The translations under genes were made by a program, and so were the position numbers. A DNA stretch of 64,000 nucleotides from Sphagnum compactum (lineage: Eukaryota): the NCBI GenBank assembly GCA_965153455.1, contig OZ234493.1, positions 1,240,001 to 1,304,000 on the forward strand, in the 5' to 3' direction. The notes below the pieces were generated by a model. It made no database searches and was not told the origin of the DNA. It saw only the letters and a program-made list of their open reading frames with translations. Below are positions 37,056 to 52,340 of this stretch, one piece after another. Within the stretch, counting starts at the first letter, position 1; each line of letters opens with the position of its first letter.

Positions 37056-38990
37056 TGTTAGTTACATGGGTTGCAAAGGTAAAATCATCGTTGTTAAATA
37101 ATAAGTTAGTGTACGTTTAGTAATATGTGAAAAAACACTTAGTTAGGAAGCAACACATTTGTTTCCAAGAGCTAAGACTCTCGAACAATTTTTAAAAACG
37201 TGGTGAGTGAAACTACAAAAACCATTCGAGGTTTCTTGATTGGGAGGATTTGTTTAATACAATCTTACTTTCATAAGTATTTCAAGTTTTCAATATGGTA
37301 TCAAAGCATGGTAAGTGTTAGGAAACTACTAAGTCAAGTGTTTCTTAACACTCATTCACCATGGCCAATATTGAGCCAAAACGTTTACTTGATAGATTTG
37401 ATGATAGTAATTATCAAACATGGTTTATTCACATGGAAAAGTTTTTCCATTGAGAATAACAATGAGATCGTGTCAACACTTTTACTATTGAACCAACAAA
37501 TCCTATAAATCAAGCTACTTGGGATATTACAGATGCAAAAACAAGAGCTAATCTCCTTTTGTGTATAAAAGATGATCAATTGATCCATGTTAAATTTTTA
37601 AAAACATCCCAAAAAAATGAGGATCAAATTAAAATTCATTTAAAAACAACCAACATTGTCAATAAAATTTATTTCACAAGAAAAATCTATACATTGAAAA
37701 TGGATGACCAAGAAATTGTTCAAGTTCATTTTGATAGATTCAACAATGTGCCAGATGAATCAAAATCAAATCTCCTATTAAAAGAAGAAACCAAAAGAAA
37801 TGTAGAGTTTTTACAAAGGAGATATTGAAATTTTTGCATGGTATAGTGGGAAGAAAGTACTAAATCCTTATAGACCTAAGAGGCCTAACCCTTTTCACTA
37901 TAAAAATCTAAATTGGAAAGGAAGTAATAGTAAATTAAACAATGGACCAAAGAAACGTTTGGGAAATTGTTTCTATAGCAAGCTTTCTAGGCATCAAATT
38001 AAAAATTGCAAATGAAAAAAAATGCAATGAAACTCAAAATCTTATTTGAAATGAAACAAAAGTACCCCATGCTTAAAACAAGAGAAGGTTATTTGTGGCG
38101 TCTTTATCAATGGCCAATTTAAATAATAGTGAATTAAGATGGGTAGTACATTCCAATGAGAGTTGTCGTATGACAAGCAATAGAAATTGGTTCCAAGACT
38201 ATAAGCCTCATTCAACTAGGTCCAATGTATACCTTGGTAATGATACATGCCATAATATACATGGAAATGGGAAAATTATAATTAAATTAACATCACATTT
38301 TATCTCAAAATTAAAAAAGATGATCCATTTCACAACACGGATGAAGCTAACATATTTTACCATGGAAATACAACATCAATAGTATTAGTTTGATAATCAT
38401 TTAGTACGCAAAAACCATTTCAGTAGTTCCAAGATTCCATAAATTATGCACAAGTACTAGCAACAATTAGAATAAATTAAATAAGTATTACTGGAACCTT
38501 AAAAGAGGCTTTGGAACAAGAAGATGTTAATCAATGGCATGATGTTGTTCAAGATGAATATAAATCATTAATTTTTTTAAAAACCTTAACCTTAACAAAA
38601 ATTACCTCTTGGAAAACATGTTATTGGTTGTAGATGGGATTTTTTTTGAAAAAACTTTAAGTGAATGGTCAAGTTGACAAATACAAGGCTTGTTTGGTAG
38701 CAAAAGTCGATTCCCAAGTTCTAGATATGATTATATTGAAACTTTTTCACCATTAGTAAAATTAATTCCATCATAATTTTTATGGCCCTTATGGTTGAAT
38801 ATGATTATGAGGTCCATTAAATGGACGTAAAATTGCCTTTGTAAATTATGAACTTATATATATATATATATGAAACAACTTGAAGGTTTCATATAAACAT
38901 GCAAGTATAATTTTTTGTAAATTGAATAAAAGATTGTATGGATTTAAACAAAGCATGTGACCTTGGTATGCCCACATAGACACCTAATTA
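37056..38990 (+). mobile_element. Decayed, internally deleted Ty1/Copia LTR retrotransposon
   Basis: tRNA-iMet PBS-like tggtatcaaagc at 37296-37307, 3 nt after ...ttca (putative LTR 37056-37292). Gag: IDRFDDSNYQTW, KIYFTRKIYTLKM; zinc knuckle CFYSKLSRHQIKNC; protease WVVHSNESCRMT...VYLGND; RT: LPLGKHVIGCRW, DKYKACLVAK, ETFSPLVKL, MDVK, LYGFKQ. Confidence 0.88.
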
Positions 38991-41900
38991 TTACAAGAAA
39001 TGTGTCTATCAAAATAGTGGAAACATAATGACTAAAAAAAATTTGATGCATTGGGGAAAATTTTAATATTTTTTACAACGTTATAAAAAATTTCATTCAA
39101 AAATTCATTTGCATGTAAAAGTTTTTTTGGGGAAAATGGACTTGCAGTCCTTTTCCAAAGTGATCCCTTTGGTTCCTAGTTACAAGTTTTGACCCATACT
39201 TGTATTGGTACCAATGCATCATTAAAGGACCATACACACTTAATGTCAAACCTATGGTAACTCAATGTTACAAATTTTATTTTACTTTCAAATTCACATA
39301 TGCAATGTTGACTGACACTAAAAATGAAGTGGCATCTTCGTTGGTAGCAAGTATTAACCTATCTTGATGTTTTCTAACATTAAGTCTTGAAGGACATGAA
39401 AATTTCAAAAAAAAACTTAATCTTATGTAAAATGGGCAAAAACAAATGTGTGATTCAATTGTAAATTCCAACACCATCTCCTACTTCTAAAATGATAGAC
39501 ATCACAAAAAATGAAATGAGTAAAAATCTTCACAAAAACAAAGACATTGCACCAACGAGAAAAAGGAACATCTCATTACACTTAACTAGGTAGACCCTCA
39601 AGCCCAATTACAAATGATTATCATGACTAAATGGAAAAAAATCATTGCATATATATGTTTTGAAAGAAAGTCACTCCATGCACACAAGGAATCGGCCAAC
39701 TTATAAAAACAAACAAGGTGCTTTAAATGGCAGAACAAGCCATAATGAAGAACATTAATCAGTCAATCTTCAAAATAAAACAACATTACAATTGCCCCAA
39801 CAATTGGTAGAAGGTTGTATAAAATGATGAAAAGATCCCTAGGTAGTAGGCCAATTTGCCAACCCCCTCATGTCTAGGACCTTATGTATGACACCAAAAA
39901 TATCCACATATCAACAAGATTTACACCAAAGATCCCATTCACCTCAATGAAAATAGTTTAAAATCTCAAGATTGTGATGAAAATATTCAGCCCATTGTCA
40001 ACCTACAAGACAACTATTAATACAACAACTAAACATGTTCATATTGATAAATGTCATATCATGCAATGACATTCCCATAACAACACTCCCAATACAAATG
40101 CCCAATTCCCACAATATGTAATGCCATTCCCATAGCAACACTCCCAAACCAATGTGTAATGGCCCAATTCCTCCTTGACAACTACACCACATTCAAAAAC
40201 TCTACCAACCCGAACATGAGCTAACAAAGGACATAATGTAGGACCACCAATTGCGAGCACAAAGGTGAAACACAAATATTCCTTGGTCCAAAACAATTTT
40301 ACAAAAGTAATTTAAAAAGGAAGCCAAATGTTGGTCAATTACATTGATCATCTACATGCATCTAACCTCAACATAGGGGGGAAAAAAATCAAAAGCCCAA
40401 GTAAATCTAATGGAAAAACATCTATACTACTTGAAATCAAGAGACCACTCAATTAATTCAACTCAAAAGAGCTTACTAATTAAGGCAATTATTGTTCTTA
40501 CGTAAGTTATGAGTATGGCATTCATAACTTATGTAAGAATAACAATTGCAAATGATGTTTTTTTTAATCGAGTTTTAATCATTTGGATAATTAGACAAGT
40601 TGATGGTATAGTTAGAATGGACTAATCACTTATGACAAACAAGTTAGACAACGATTAATAGTTTAGTCATTTTGGACAATGACATAATCACTAGTAATGT
40701 CTAGGTGGCATGTTTGTTTTGACTAAAAAATAACAATTACCAATTGATGTAACTTGTTTAATTTGACTAAAAACTTATAATTGTTAGCTAATGTGGCATG
40801 TTTATTTTGACTACAAACTAGCAAGTTGTTAGTTGATGTTGACTCATAAATGTTATAAATCAAATAATTATAATTTAAAATTATTTATTAATACATTACA
40901 ATTCTTCGACATGTAAAATGTAAATCTAGGGATGTAAGCCTCCCTTAGGTGAGCACAAACAAACTACTAAGAGCCACACCCGCAACTTTGGGTAAGGATA
41001 TTTTTGAGAATATTCTTGAAATATTTTGAAAATAATTAATCGTTAAAAATCTATTGTGACCTAAAAATATGTTACATTATAGTATTATGTAAATATATGT
41101 TTAATGAATCTCCCTCAAAATATGTTGCATTAAAAAAAATCTCTACAAATATAAATGTTCTTACATTGTTAAAAAATAAGCATTGCAATGTTTAATGAGT
41201 CTTTTTGGGCATTTTATCCTCACTAGATTCATTTCAAATTATAACACATGTTTCCATACTATATTATCAACATATTTGTGTAAAACATTTGACAATGTTT
41301 TCCATTGAAATTAAACTTTTAACCCAAAAAATGAAACACAAAATTATTTTTTACATTTAATGTGGTTTTTACTAGCTTGTTTACACCCAAACATATGTCA
41401 CTTGTAGGCTTTAAGGCATGAATAAAATGTCACAATAGGGAATTGAAATTCTCACCTTCATGGCAACAACCAAAATATAAATTACCATCCAACCATCATT
41501 TCACATTATGACAAATAATGTCATAATAAATAATATAAACACACATTCATTTTGAATTTCACACATTATAACTTCAAGTGACATATATGTCATTAATTCA
41601 CATAATTAGAAACATGAATCAAGGTTGGTATTAGGCTAATAGATTGATAATATTTTGCTACACTTACGTACAAACTAATTACCTACCTACCTACCTACAT
41701 ATTATTTACATGTGTAGCTACTTTTTATCTACCTAGCTAATTCATTGCCTACTTACCTACATGCCTAAAGGGCCTACTTACTTACACTTGACACATATGT
41801 ACATAAGTAGCATTTTCGATAACTAAAATTTAACACATATGTAGCAAGCCACGTTGCTCATGGAGTGACTAAAACTAAACACACCATAATAGGCATCAAC

Positions 41901-42559
41901 ACCACATAAACAATCCAATCTATGTTTAATTAACATTGTCCAAATTGACTAAAAATTTTAGTCAATTTAGATAAATAAAACATGCCTACTTTTTAGAAAG
42001 GGACAAAGTCATATAGTCATTTTGAACAAGTCAACTTAGTCATATTAATCATTGTAGTCACAATGTTAGGGGCATAAAAGACATGGTTTTGTCCATTAAT
42101 CACTGACACCAATGTCAAATGTTGCTCACAAGGAAAATGTTGTAAATGCAAAAAATAGAATATGTGTGAGAGATGCATTTGAGCTTGTAAGTTTCACATG
42201 CAAACAATAAGATTTTCAAGCACATTAGATAGATAGAAGACCTCATGGCAAACTAGTGATGAAAATGGGCAAGCCTATATAGATAACATACTTGAACAAT
42301 ACTAAAGTAATAAGACTTGATGGTAGATCTATAAAATGGTAGACCTCATGGTAAAATTGTAATAGATGACAAACCTTGATAGTAAACACATAACAGATTG
42401 CAATTAAATGCCAAAGAAATAAATAAACATACTTCAATTCAATTTCCAATATTGCATTCTCATCCAAGGCATACAATTAGTTGTCAACAAAGTTGATATC
42501 TTAACCTTTCTTGGCCTTCAATGCCATAATGTAATTTTTCATTGTCCATTACAAGCATT

Positions 42560-43480
42560 TGTCGGGCATGCAATAAATTCTTATGATTCCAAATTGAGTA
42601 TTCACATTAACCTTTCAATGTGAAATTCTTCTTCCAATTGCAACAAGTTATTCATAATGCAAGCACAAATAAACATGTTGGGTATGAAAGTCACATTCAA
42701 CTTAGATTTCCCAAAACAAAATTGAAGGTCTAATTCAAAGGTCAAAAAACATTTTCCACAATTAATTGTCCCCACTTGTGCTTTATGTTTAAAAGGAGTT
42801 CAAGAATATAATGTTGATCTTGCTCCTTCAAAGGGTCATGGTCCATGAAATGAATGGGTATTTGGGTCCTTATCACCTAGAAGGTATGGAAGAAAGGATC
42901 CATTATTTATACCCTTATCTACATCTAACAAGATTTTGTATTGTGCATGCTTGTAAAAGATGACCTTTGCAACACTCAAGAATCATTCATTGACCCAAAC
43001 AAACCTACAAACACATCCATGAACATCTTGTTACAATCTACAACTTGGGTTACAATGTTGTGACCACATGTTTTAAGATAATAGCAAATGTTTCAAAATG
43101 CACTTGAAGCCTTGGTAATAACAATGTGAATTTCATTAATCATTCCTTGAACACAAGGTAAACCACACCAAATTTTGAATTGTTACATGACCATTTGCAT
43201 TTTTAGACCTACATGCCAATGAATAACATGCATGTACACAACATATATAACATAGACAACTTCACAAAACAATGAACATATAGTAGATTTGCCAATGGCA
43301 AATAACTCATTGAAAATAAGAAGATTTTTGTCCTTGAGCAAGCTTGTAAATTGCACAAGCCACACAATTTTCAACATGAATTTCTTTCTAATATATTGTA
43401 TTTTATTTAACAATCAATGGTCTCACTCTCTCAACAATCCTAAAAAAAAATCAACCCACCTATCGTTGTCATATTATGTC
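42560..43480 (-). mobile_element. Decayed PIF/Harbinger transposase (DDE_Tnp_4-like)
   Basis: ELFAIGKSTI..EVV, CGLPCVQGMINEIHI, HNIVTQVVDCNKMFMDVFVGLFGSMNDS*VL, PYLLGDK, IVENVF. Confidence 0.8.
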
Positions 43481-46400
43481 ACGATGAATCAAGAAATCCA
43501 ATGGTCAATCTAGGTTTTTCACCCAATGACCAAGGTTAGAATTTACAAACAAATTAATGAGTGGCAAACAATGAGCACAACATAGAAGCAAAGAGAATGT
43601 AATGGGGGGTTATGAAATCTTTTGCATTATTTGAAGTAAAATGATTTTCAAAGTCAAAAGAAGGACAACTAGTTAACATGTGAAAAATGAGTTGTGGCAT
43701 CTCTTGAATGAAGATGATGAGACACTTGAATGCAAGAAACTATTCATTATCCATGGCAAGGAAATAAAAATAGCTAGTGAATGAAGGCAAACATGCAATG
43801 TAGCTACAAAAAATTTATTATATCGACAAACATCATAACTCGATTTACATAAATCCCTATAAATAAACAAAAAGAAAAAAATGATAATAAATAAAATTCC
43901 AACAATATAAAAGGTAACAAAAAACAACAAGGAAATAAGAAGGGAAAAAGGAAAGGAACAAAATGCATATCCATAGTTGTAAAACAAATTTGATGAAACA
44001 CAAAAAAATCTAACTCAAGAATAAAGTGAATGTTTAGAACTTCCAAATGAACATGTGGATTTTGAAATGAAGCAATGTTAAATAGATATGAATGTAGATA
44101 AACAACATAATAGAAAAAATTACAAAACATGAACATAAAAAAAATAGGAACTCAAGAAAAACATTATTGAGATGAAAACCTCTAACAAAACACAATAACC
44201 AAACATGAAAATCATGAGGATGAAAGAAGCTCCAGAGCCAAAGAGGAGAACAAACAAATGTTAGCAACATAGCAAAATTGGTTACAAATGCCCATTTTTC
44301 TTCTAGTGCATTAACTAAAGCCCTTAATTTTCTTAAAAACGCAAATTTCACGAAACCAAAACCAAATTAAAAAAAAACATAACTCTAGGCCTACAAAATG
44401 AGCATTTGAAATGAAAAAAAATCAAATAATGGGTTTCATTGGACTTTTGCACATGAATGTTTTCAAAACAAAATTACAAAGTGAGGCCACGACAAACTTG
44501 CACCCACCAATGCACCATTTTGAATGGATGTGGGCTAGACATGGACTTTTTCTCATTAATGTGTCCTTGCCCCACAATTAACCAACATGGTTATCATAGT
44601 TTTTTTATTTATTTTACTTGTCTTCATTTTTTAATTGTGTCTAATAATTTTCATTCTTTCCTCCACTTAACTACTATAAGTTTAATCACCTTAACATGCA
44701 TATTGACCTACTTGCACCTACTTACTTACGTACTTGCCACTAATGTAATGTCACCATTGATAAATGAGGATATTACAAGAACAACAAGTAGGTAATTTTT
44801 TCCCTAGCTACTTACCCATGTTATTCTACAACACATAACACAAGAGTTTTTAAAATGAAGGCATTAAAAAAAAAAACTTTCATCTTTGAAATAATTTTTT
44901 CTAACCTTTGAGTATCATATGGGGTGCACCCTAGATGTAAATATTGCAATATGCATTCAAATGTACATTGCAATACATGCATCAACCAATTTACATCCAT
45001 AACCTATCAAGCACAACATGGTTTAAGTCTTGGTAAATCTCTTTATTTTTTTACAAACTATGAACTCCAATGACAAGGGGAGTACTTCATTTTGCAAACC
45101 GTAATCTTCATTAATAGAACTAGTTTGTAGAAATGAGTGTTTTACACACATTTGAACTTGCAAACAATAATCTTCAATCATCAATGACAACAAGAATGCA
45201 ATATTTTCATTTTTCGTGAAACATAATCTTAATTAGAAGTGAAATTCCAATACCTTTTTTTTAATTGCAAACCTTAAATCTTTGTGTGAATATGAAAGCA
45301 ATAACTTCTTCTTTTTTGCAAAATTTATTTTATATGGTAGTGAGGTCTATAAGATTCATTTGTCAAGGATACTACACTCTAACACCAATATTTGGCTTTT
45401 CATACTACATCATCTATGATATTTAAAGATTGCATTTTTCCCCATCACTTTTGTCACCTAACCAAATCTAGATACACATATCACAAAAATAGTTTGACTT
45501 CAATAAAAAGAGAAAATTTGTATCTTCAAATGTCTAGCATGTTTAACTTGATGTGTGGGAGTCCAAAAAGTCCCTTAAACTAATCCATCAAAATAAAAAT
45601 AAAAATGAAATTGGATACATGCTACTTTAATTCCATAATCAAACTCTTTCTAGACCTAGCTTCATTGTTCTTCATGCCATGCATGTAATACTACTTTATA
45701 GAATGGTGATGGATGAAAATCATGCCAATTCGACAATTGAATGTGAACCACACATCTTTCACAATTTGATCCTTTGTCACATGATAAGTGTTAAAAGAAA
45801 GCCAAATGAACAATTAGTATAAAAGGACTCAAATTTAAAAACCTATGATCACAGATAGTAATAGGAGAAACAAGAGTGAAGATGACTATGTAATAGCAAT
45901 AACAACAAGCACAAGGATGACCACATAATACCAACATTGAGAAGCATCAAGATGACCATGTGGAGAATCAACAATGACAAGCAATAAATCAACCACAAAG
46001 ACAATCATAACCATGCATAGCAATAACAAGCATGAAAACGGTAACATGACCACATAGAGGACGAATTGAAGAGCTTGAGAAGAGAAAAAAGACAAACCTT
46101 TTTGTGTATGGAATGGAATTTAGCATTGGAGCAAGAATAAGAAAAAACAAAAGATAGGAAGCTTTAAGGTGATCTTGACGTTTTGAAGGTTCAAAGGCTT
46201 GCATTTTTACATCATGACCATGAATAAGAGCATGTAGAATAATGTACAACCACAGAGATAAACATGAAAAATAACAATATGGTGATATTTGTAGAGTGGT
46301 TCTTTGTGATAAACTAACACTTCAAGATGCTCACATGTTTGAACAACTTGTAAAAGAAAAGAAAAAGAATTTAGGGTCTTTTGAGGTTTTAAGGGGGAAG

Positions 46401-49400
46401 GGGCCTATCTTGTTGTCACAAAGAAACAAGAATGCATATTAACAACAAACAAAAAATGTTATGATGACCACAAAAGGTAGTAGCTAGGCAACACAAGGGG
46501 TGGTCACTCTTTGTATATTTTATGAAACACCTAAAATAATAGGGCATTTTTTGGTGTGCTATGAAATATTTTAGGTGTATTTAAAAATATGTATTAGGTA
46601 TTATAAGTATGCTCATAATGAATTATAGGCACCTTGTTAACATTTAAATAAATTATAAACTATATATTTTATGAATGAATTACACCTTATATTTGCATGC
46701 CATTTGGAATAAAATGGAAGTGACCTCCCAAAGAAGCAAGGGAACCCATTGGAAAATTGCAATTAAGTAGAGCTTGGTGATGATGGTCTTGATAATAATG
46801 GGGCATCTTTGAAATGGCATTAAAGGACTTGTAAGAAAGGAAGGGGGGCTACAAGGGGTTAGGAAACCAAAAGGTTGGTAGTAGGTAAGAAAGTGGGAGA
46901 TAGAAGGTAAGAAGGCAAGATGCAAGAAGAAATGAGTTTGTAGATTTTGGTTTATCCTAAATAGATTTCAACTAAACTAAAACCACATCTTATGTGAATT
47001 GATGTTCATCCAAATCGGTCCATAACAAGTTTTTTTCAATGGTTCAATTAATGGGTATAAGGTCACATGGGCAAGAAAATGAAACTCTAAATAACATTCC
47101 TTGAATATAACCTCCAAATGACACAAATAATTAATATACCTTATTCTTTGGTTGTGGCGCACAATTTGGTTGTCAAACCAATTTGACCCATTTAATCAAT
47201 TTATACTCAATTACGATCACCACCTTAGGCCCCCTTTATAGTATGGCAAAGGACCATGACCATGGAAATATTGAGAACCTTCAAAACACATCCAAATCTC
47301 ATCCCATGGAAATTCAAAAATTGTTTATATGTGGTTTTTAGTTACAAAGTGTAATGTAAAGTGATAAAAGACTTTGTTGAGGTACGTATATTGTGACTCA
47401 CATTAACTAGTTGTGAGGACCCCCAATTTTTTTTAATTAATTAATTTATTGTAATGTCATGGGCATCTTTGTTTGGCCCATCAAAAAGAAATTTTAATCA
47501 ATATTTGGACAATCCAAAATAAAAATGTTGTAACCTTCTCCTTTGGGTTGGATATATAAGTTTTCAAGAGTAGAATTTACAATAAAAAATATGGGATAAA
47601 GTGAGGAGTTATTGGGAACATGTGGGGCCACGTTGGGAACTTGAAAAACATGTTGGAAATTCAATGGGAACACAATAGGAACAACAAAAATCCAACACCT
47701 TCACCTACTTTAAAAGAAAAAAACTTAGGCCTTTAGTGCATGGTGCCCCATTTCCTTGGTTGTAAGATTTTTTTTGCATACCTATGGCCATTGCCAGTTT
47801 TGGCCTAGGTTAATGGTAGGAGCAAAACTATGGGCGAATATTATAACAAAGTGAAAAAAAACAACATTCTAAACCAATCATGATTTTTTGGGCTCGTGGT
47901 TTAATGGATTTTGTGCCAAGCCCACCTCAAATATGTGGTCTTGGTGTGAAGTATATTAAACCATGAAACATTATCCATGAATTGTCACTCAGGATTCCAT
48001 GTCAAGTTTTCATCCACCTCCATTTCCTTGATCCCTTATACGTTCAAGTTTTGTGTAAAATCAATTATACATTGATTGTCATTTTCGTCCAATCACTGAT
48101 TTTTCTTTTTCAATGGCCTTGGTCTTTTAGGCTATAATGTAAAGGGGGTTTCAGTAACCATTGAATTGAAGCCTCCATAAAAATTGGGTGAAAATGAATA
48201 CAAATGAACCAAAAAATCATGCCAATCCCTATGAAATGTGACATATTTTTTACATATATTTATGCATTGCAATGTGAAAATCATGTTAATAATGGGAACT
48301 TGTGATAAATGGCTAATATTAATGTTGGGTGGATTCAAATTAGAAATTCATTTATTTAGATTTTAGGTTTTGCTTTAGTTAAACACTTTTGAACTATAAC
48401 AAAAACCATGATGTTTGAATAAAGACAATTTTGCCTAGAGGGTCATCATGTGTTAGTTTTTCCTACCCTATCATTATCTAAGTTCCTAAAATCCACATAT
48501 TTAAACCACCCTAAACATAATATAAATTTTATGCTTGCATTGAATTTTGACACCATATATTTGTTTAATTTTAATTTTTAATTGAAGGCATGAGAAGTGA
48601 TGAAGGAAGTAAGGTTATTATATTGCGTGACTAAAGACTGCATGAAATGCTCAAATTGGATTCTAAAAACACATTAACAAACATTTCAATCCCATATCAC
48701 ATTTCAATTAATGATGAATACCATGTTTATCGCCCACAAAATCATTAAAGACAATGAACTATGGTCCCATGGGAAAAAATATGCAAAGGAAAAAATGATT
48801 TTTTTTCAATTTTAGAAGCAAAACAAATAAGGTGTGCATTGCAAACAAATACATGGAACACCAAGTTGTAGGCCTTTATCAACTCTATGTTTTGACGAAA
48901 TAAATACCATTTCATAGTCCTACCTTTTTTACTTTAAACCTTTAGTATAAATTACACCTTCTTCATCCTATTAATGGAAACTATTAGCATTTAATACCTG
49001 TTATAAGTAATTTGTGCATATGTTATTTTGTTATAATACTTATTATTAATGCATACCCTATGTTAGATATATTTGGATTTTGACAATAAACACAATCCTA
49101 TTATAAAGTTAATTGAATTATAATTTTTACCCAACAACCAATGTATGAGACCTTATATTTTTTCTCATGTAGTTTTACATAGTACAAAAAAAAAAAGTAA
49201 CCCTCCTCCCTTAATCAATTTTGCAAAGGAAATGACTCTCTTAATAAAAGATAATTGATAATAAAAATATTGATATGATAGTAACTCGTTACCCAAAGTC
49301 AAAAAGGCATTCACAGTTTGTAAGATGTGGAATTTTGCTCATTTAAAAAAAATCAAAATATGTTTTAGAATCTCAAATTTTCAAAAGTCCACAACCACAT

Positions 49401-52238
49401 GTAAATGGAGTGTAATGTTTATGATGTATAATACAAAGTTTTTAACAAGAAACTTAAATATGTTTATTAAGAAAATTTTAGTCTAGTTTTTAAACTTTAA
49501 AATAGTTAACATATTTTTGTATTATTTAGAATTTAGATCATTTTTCAAAACAAAACATAAAATTTGACAAAATATGTGCACTTTTAATCTTTCATATTTA
49601 TTCACCAATGATTAACACAATATAACATTGATATATCGGGGCAACTATAAATAATTGTAATAAAAAAATTTAAATAATAAAAATTCCTTTGTATGAATAT
49701 TTTTATGTTTGAAAAAAAATTATATTCCTTAGAGTAAAGTAAACACATTGGTTCGTTTGAACTTGTTTGGACCTACTTGGTAAGGTTGCAAATGAAAAAT
49801 TGAATTATATTCTACACACCTCATCAACAACACATACAATAAACTATAAAACCTCTAATTGCATGGCTTTCTACTAATAATGACTTTGAAACAAATAATT
49901 GATCCTAGCTACCATAAAGAATTCTTGGGCATCTTCAACATTGTTCTCTTGTATTTCAATTGTGATGCTATTTATGGACATGCCCATTTGACCATATTGT
50001 AAAAATGTGAATTGCCTTTTCTTTTTCAATAAATTTTTTGCATAATTTTCTTATCCTTGTACGTAATTGTTAATTATACATTCCCTTACTTGTAATTAAG
50101 TTAACATTAAAACACACCTTGGGAATTGAACATCCATCAATCTTCTCATAAATCATAAAAGGTATGTCAAATATTTAAAATTACTTGTAGACATTACATA
50201 TAAATTATGTAGCATATTTAATCATTCATGGATGAATTTTTTCTTGAACATTCATGTGGAATGTCACAATTTTTTTCCAAGAACATTCATATTGTGTCCA
50301 CTGTGAATCAACCTTCCTCCAACCATCAATTTCATCCACCATCCATTTTTCATCCATAATGGATGCATTTCATTCATCATTCTCCATGTTTCACGATGAA
50401 ATTCGTACATCATGTCTTACCCCCACCCCCAAATAGGTATAAATGCATGCAATCAACCCGGGTACAACCTTTCAAACTAACCTTTATGTTCAATGATTCC
50501 ATGACTCATGTTCATGCTTTTACATGTTATGAATAACCTCCTTTGATAATACACACTTTGCATACTTTGTGCTTGTGTCCATATTTGTCATCACATTTGT
50601 GGATGGTTGGGATTATCTTAGAACTTGTTGAAGTTTGTATTAATTCTCATAGTTATGATGATTTTCATGCCCATGAAAAGGATAGGGCTAAGACATGTTG
50701 TGTTCATTGTTTTTATTAGAATACCTTGATTGTAAAGGCACCCATGAAAAGAGGGCCCAAACCAATGTTTTCTTAACTAGCAAAATTTCACTTTTTGGTG
50801 AAATAAAAAACTTAAAAACTTGAAAATGAAGTGATTTTGGAGGGTTTGGATGGGGCATAAGTGAGGGGAAAAAAATAGTAAAATTGCCCAATTTCTATAT
50901 CTGGTTTTTCAGTGTGTTGTCATGAATATAAAAAGGTTGATAAGGAATTTTGAATTTCAATATAGGTTACTAAGGTAATCAGTTGTGGTTCATCCACAAC
51001 CGAGTCATAACAGGTAATTGTCAAGGGATAGTGCACTAGTCGGTGTCGGGCAACCTTTTTTATTACTGACAAAATTTTGCCAAAAAGCAAAATTAAAAAT
51101 TAAAAATGAAAAACTGAAGTGATTCGTGGGATTTTGAATTTGCCACAATTCAAAAAACTAGTAAAAACCACTAGACTTTGTCTATATTTGGTTCTAGTAG
51201 GTAGCCAAAAGTATAGAAGGATGATCAAACATTTTTTTAATGTTTATAGCCAAATTTGGTTAAATTTTCACATGGATGATTGCCACTGTGGTTACATCAC
51301 AAAATTAACCGAAAAAAAACACTACCAGTTGGGTCACATAACCAGTTTTTAGGAGCACCTAGTGACCCAGTTGGCTGGCTGCACACGGGTTATAAGTTAT
51401 AACTACTACTAACATGTGTGTGCAGACACCCATCCCTGAGAGACAATTGGGTCAAGTTTAAACCCAGTTATGTCTGGTAACCAGCTCGAATTACCTAGTT
51501 ACTAGAAAATAGTCAAGCTGGGGAGTCGCGGCGCTCCCACTCCTCAACTATTTTGGACAACCCAACAGCTCGAACCAATTACTCACTTAGTACATAATCC
51601 CTAGAATTATATCACCCCAACATGATTGTTTTTCATTGTTTCTAAACTAACCCTAATTTTATTACAACAAAAGGTGCCCTTGTACGCCAAATGACTGGTT
51701 GTAGTGAACAGGGACCAGTGAAAAAGCAATGAATTCACTGATCTAATGAACAAGGACTAGTGAATTGCACCCACATTTTGTAATAGTGTTTGTTCAACAC
51801 CACACACATGGGTTTAATTGACTTCATAGGTTTTATTACACTACTTCTGTTTCTATCCCAGCCACAACACCAACAATATAATTTTGAATCACATACTACG
51901 GATCCCATCCATATTATAACATTTACTACAGTCTGGATTGATGATGCAACTAGTTTTGATTTGCATTGTTCAGTCATTTCAGGAGCCCACACTACCTAGC
52001 ATTCCCCATCTGCCATCATCCCCTTCTGCACCAACTCTTCTAAATAATCACTGACTTGTTCTCAAGGATTGTTGCATAAATTGCATTGGAGACAACTTAC
52101 CCAAGTTAATAATGTATGGGTATTATCAAAGTCAAAGATCCACCCAACACTGGTTTAAGACTTCAGACACTCCGCGACATCTAACATTTTTTCTTAGATT
52201 TAATGGTAGTGACAATTCGAACAAATGCACCTCACTAG

Positions 52239-52340
52239 AACATTTCTCAGAACAAAAGGCCTGATAGCATTTCTCACAACAAAATGTACAACATTTTTCA
52301 GAACATAATGCATATAACATTTCTCATAACAAAATGCAAT
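52239..52340. repeat. ~25-bp minisatellite, 4 copies
   Basis: Repeated catttctca(g/c/t)aaca(a/t)aa motif. Confidence 0.7.

Noticed and set aside
43673..46925. Hydrophobic 60-110 aa ORFs
   Set aside because: Products of T-rich low-complexity strands with no domain motifs.
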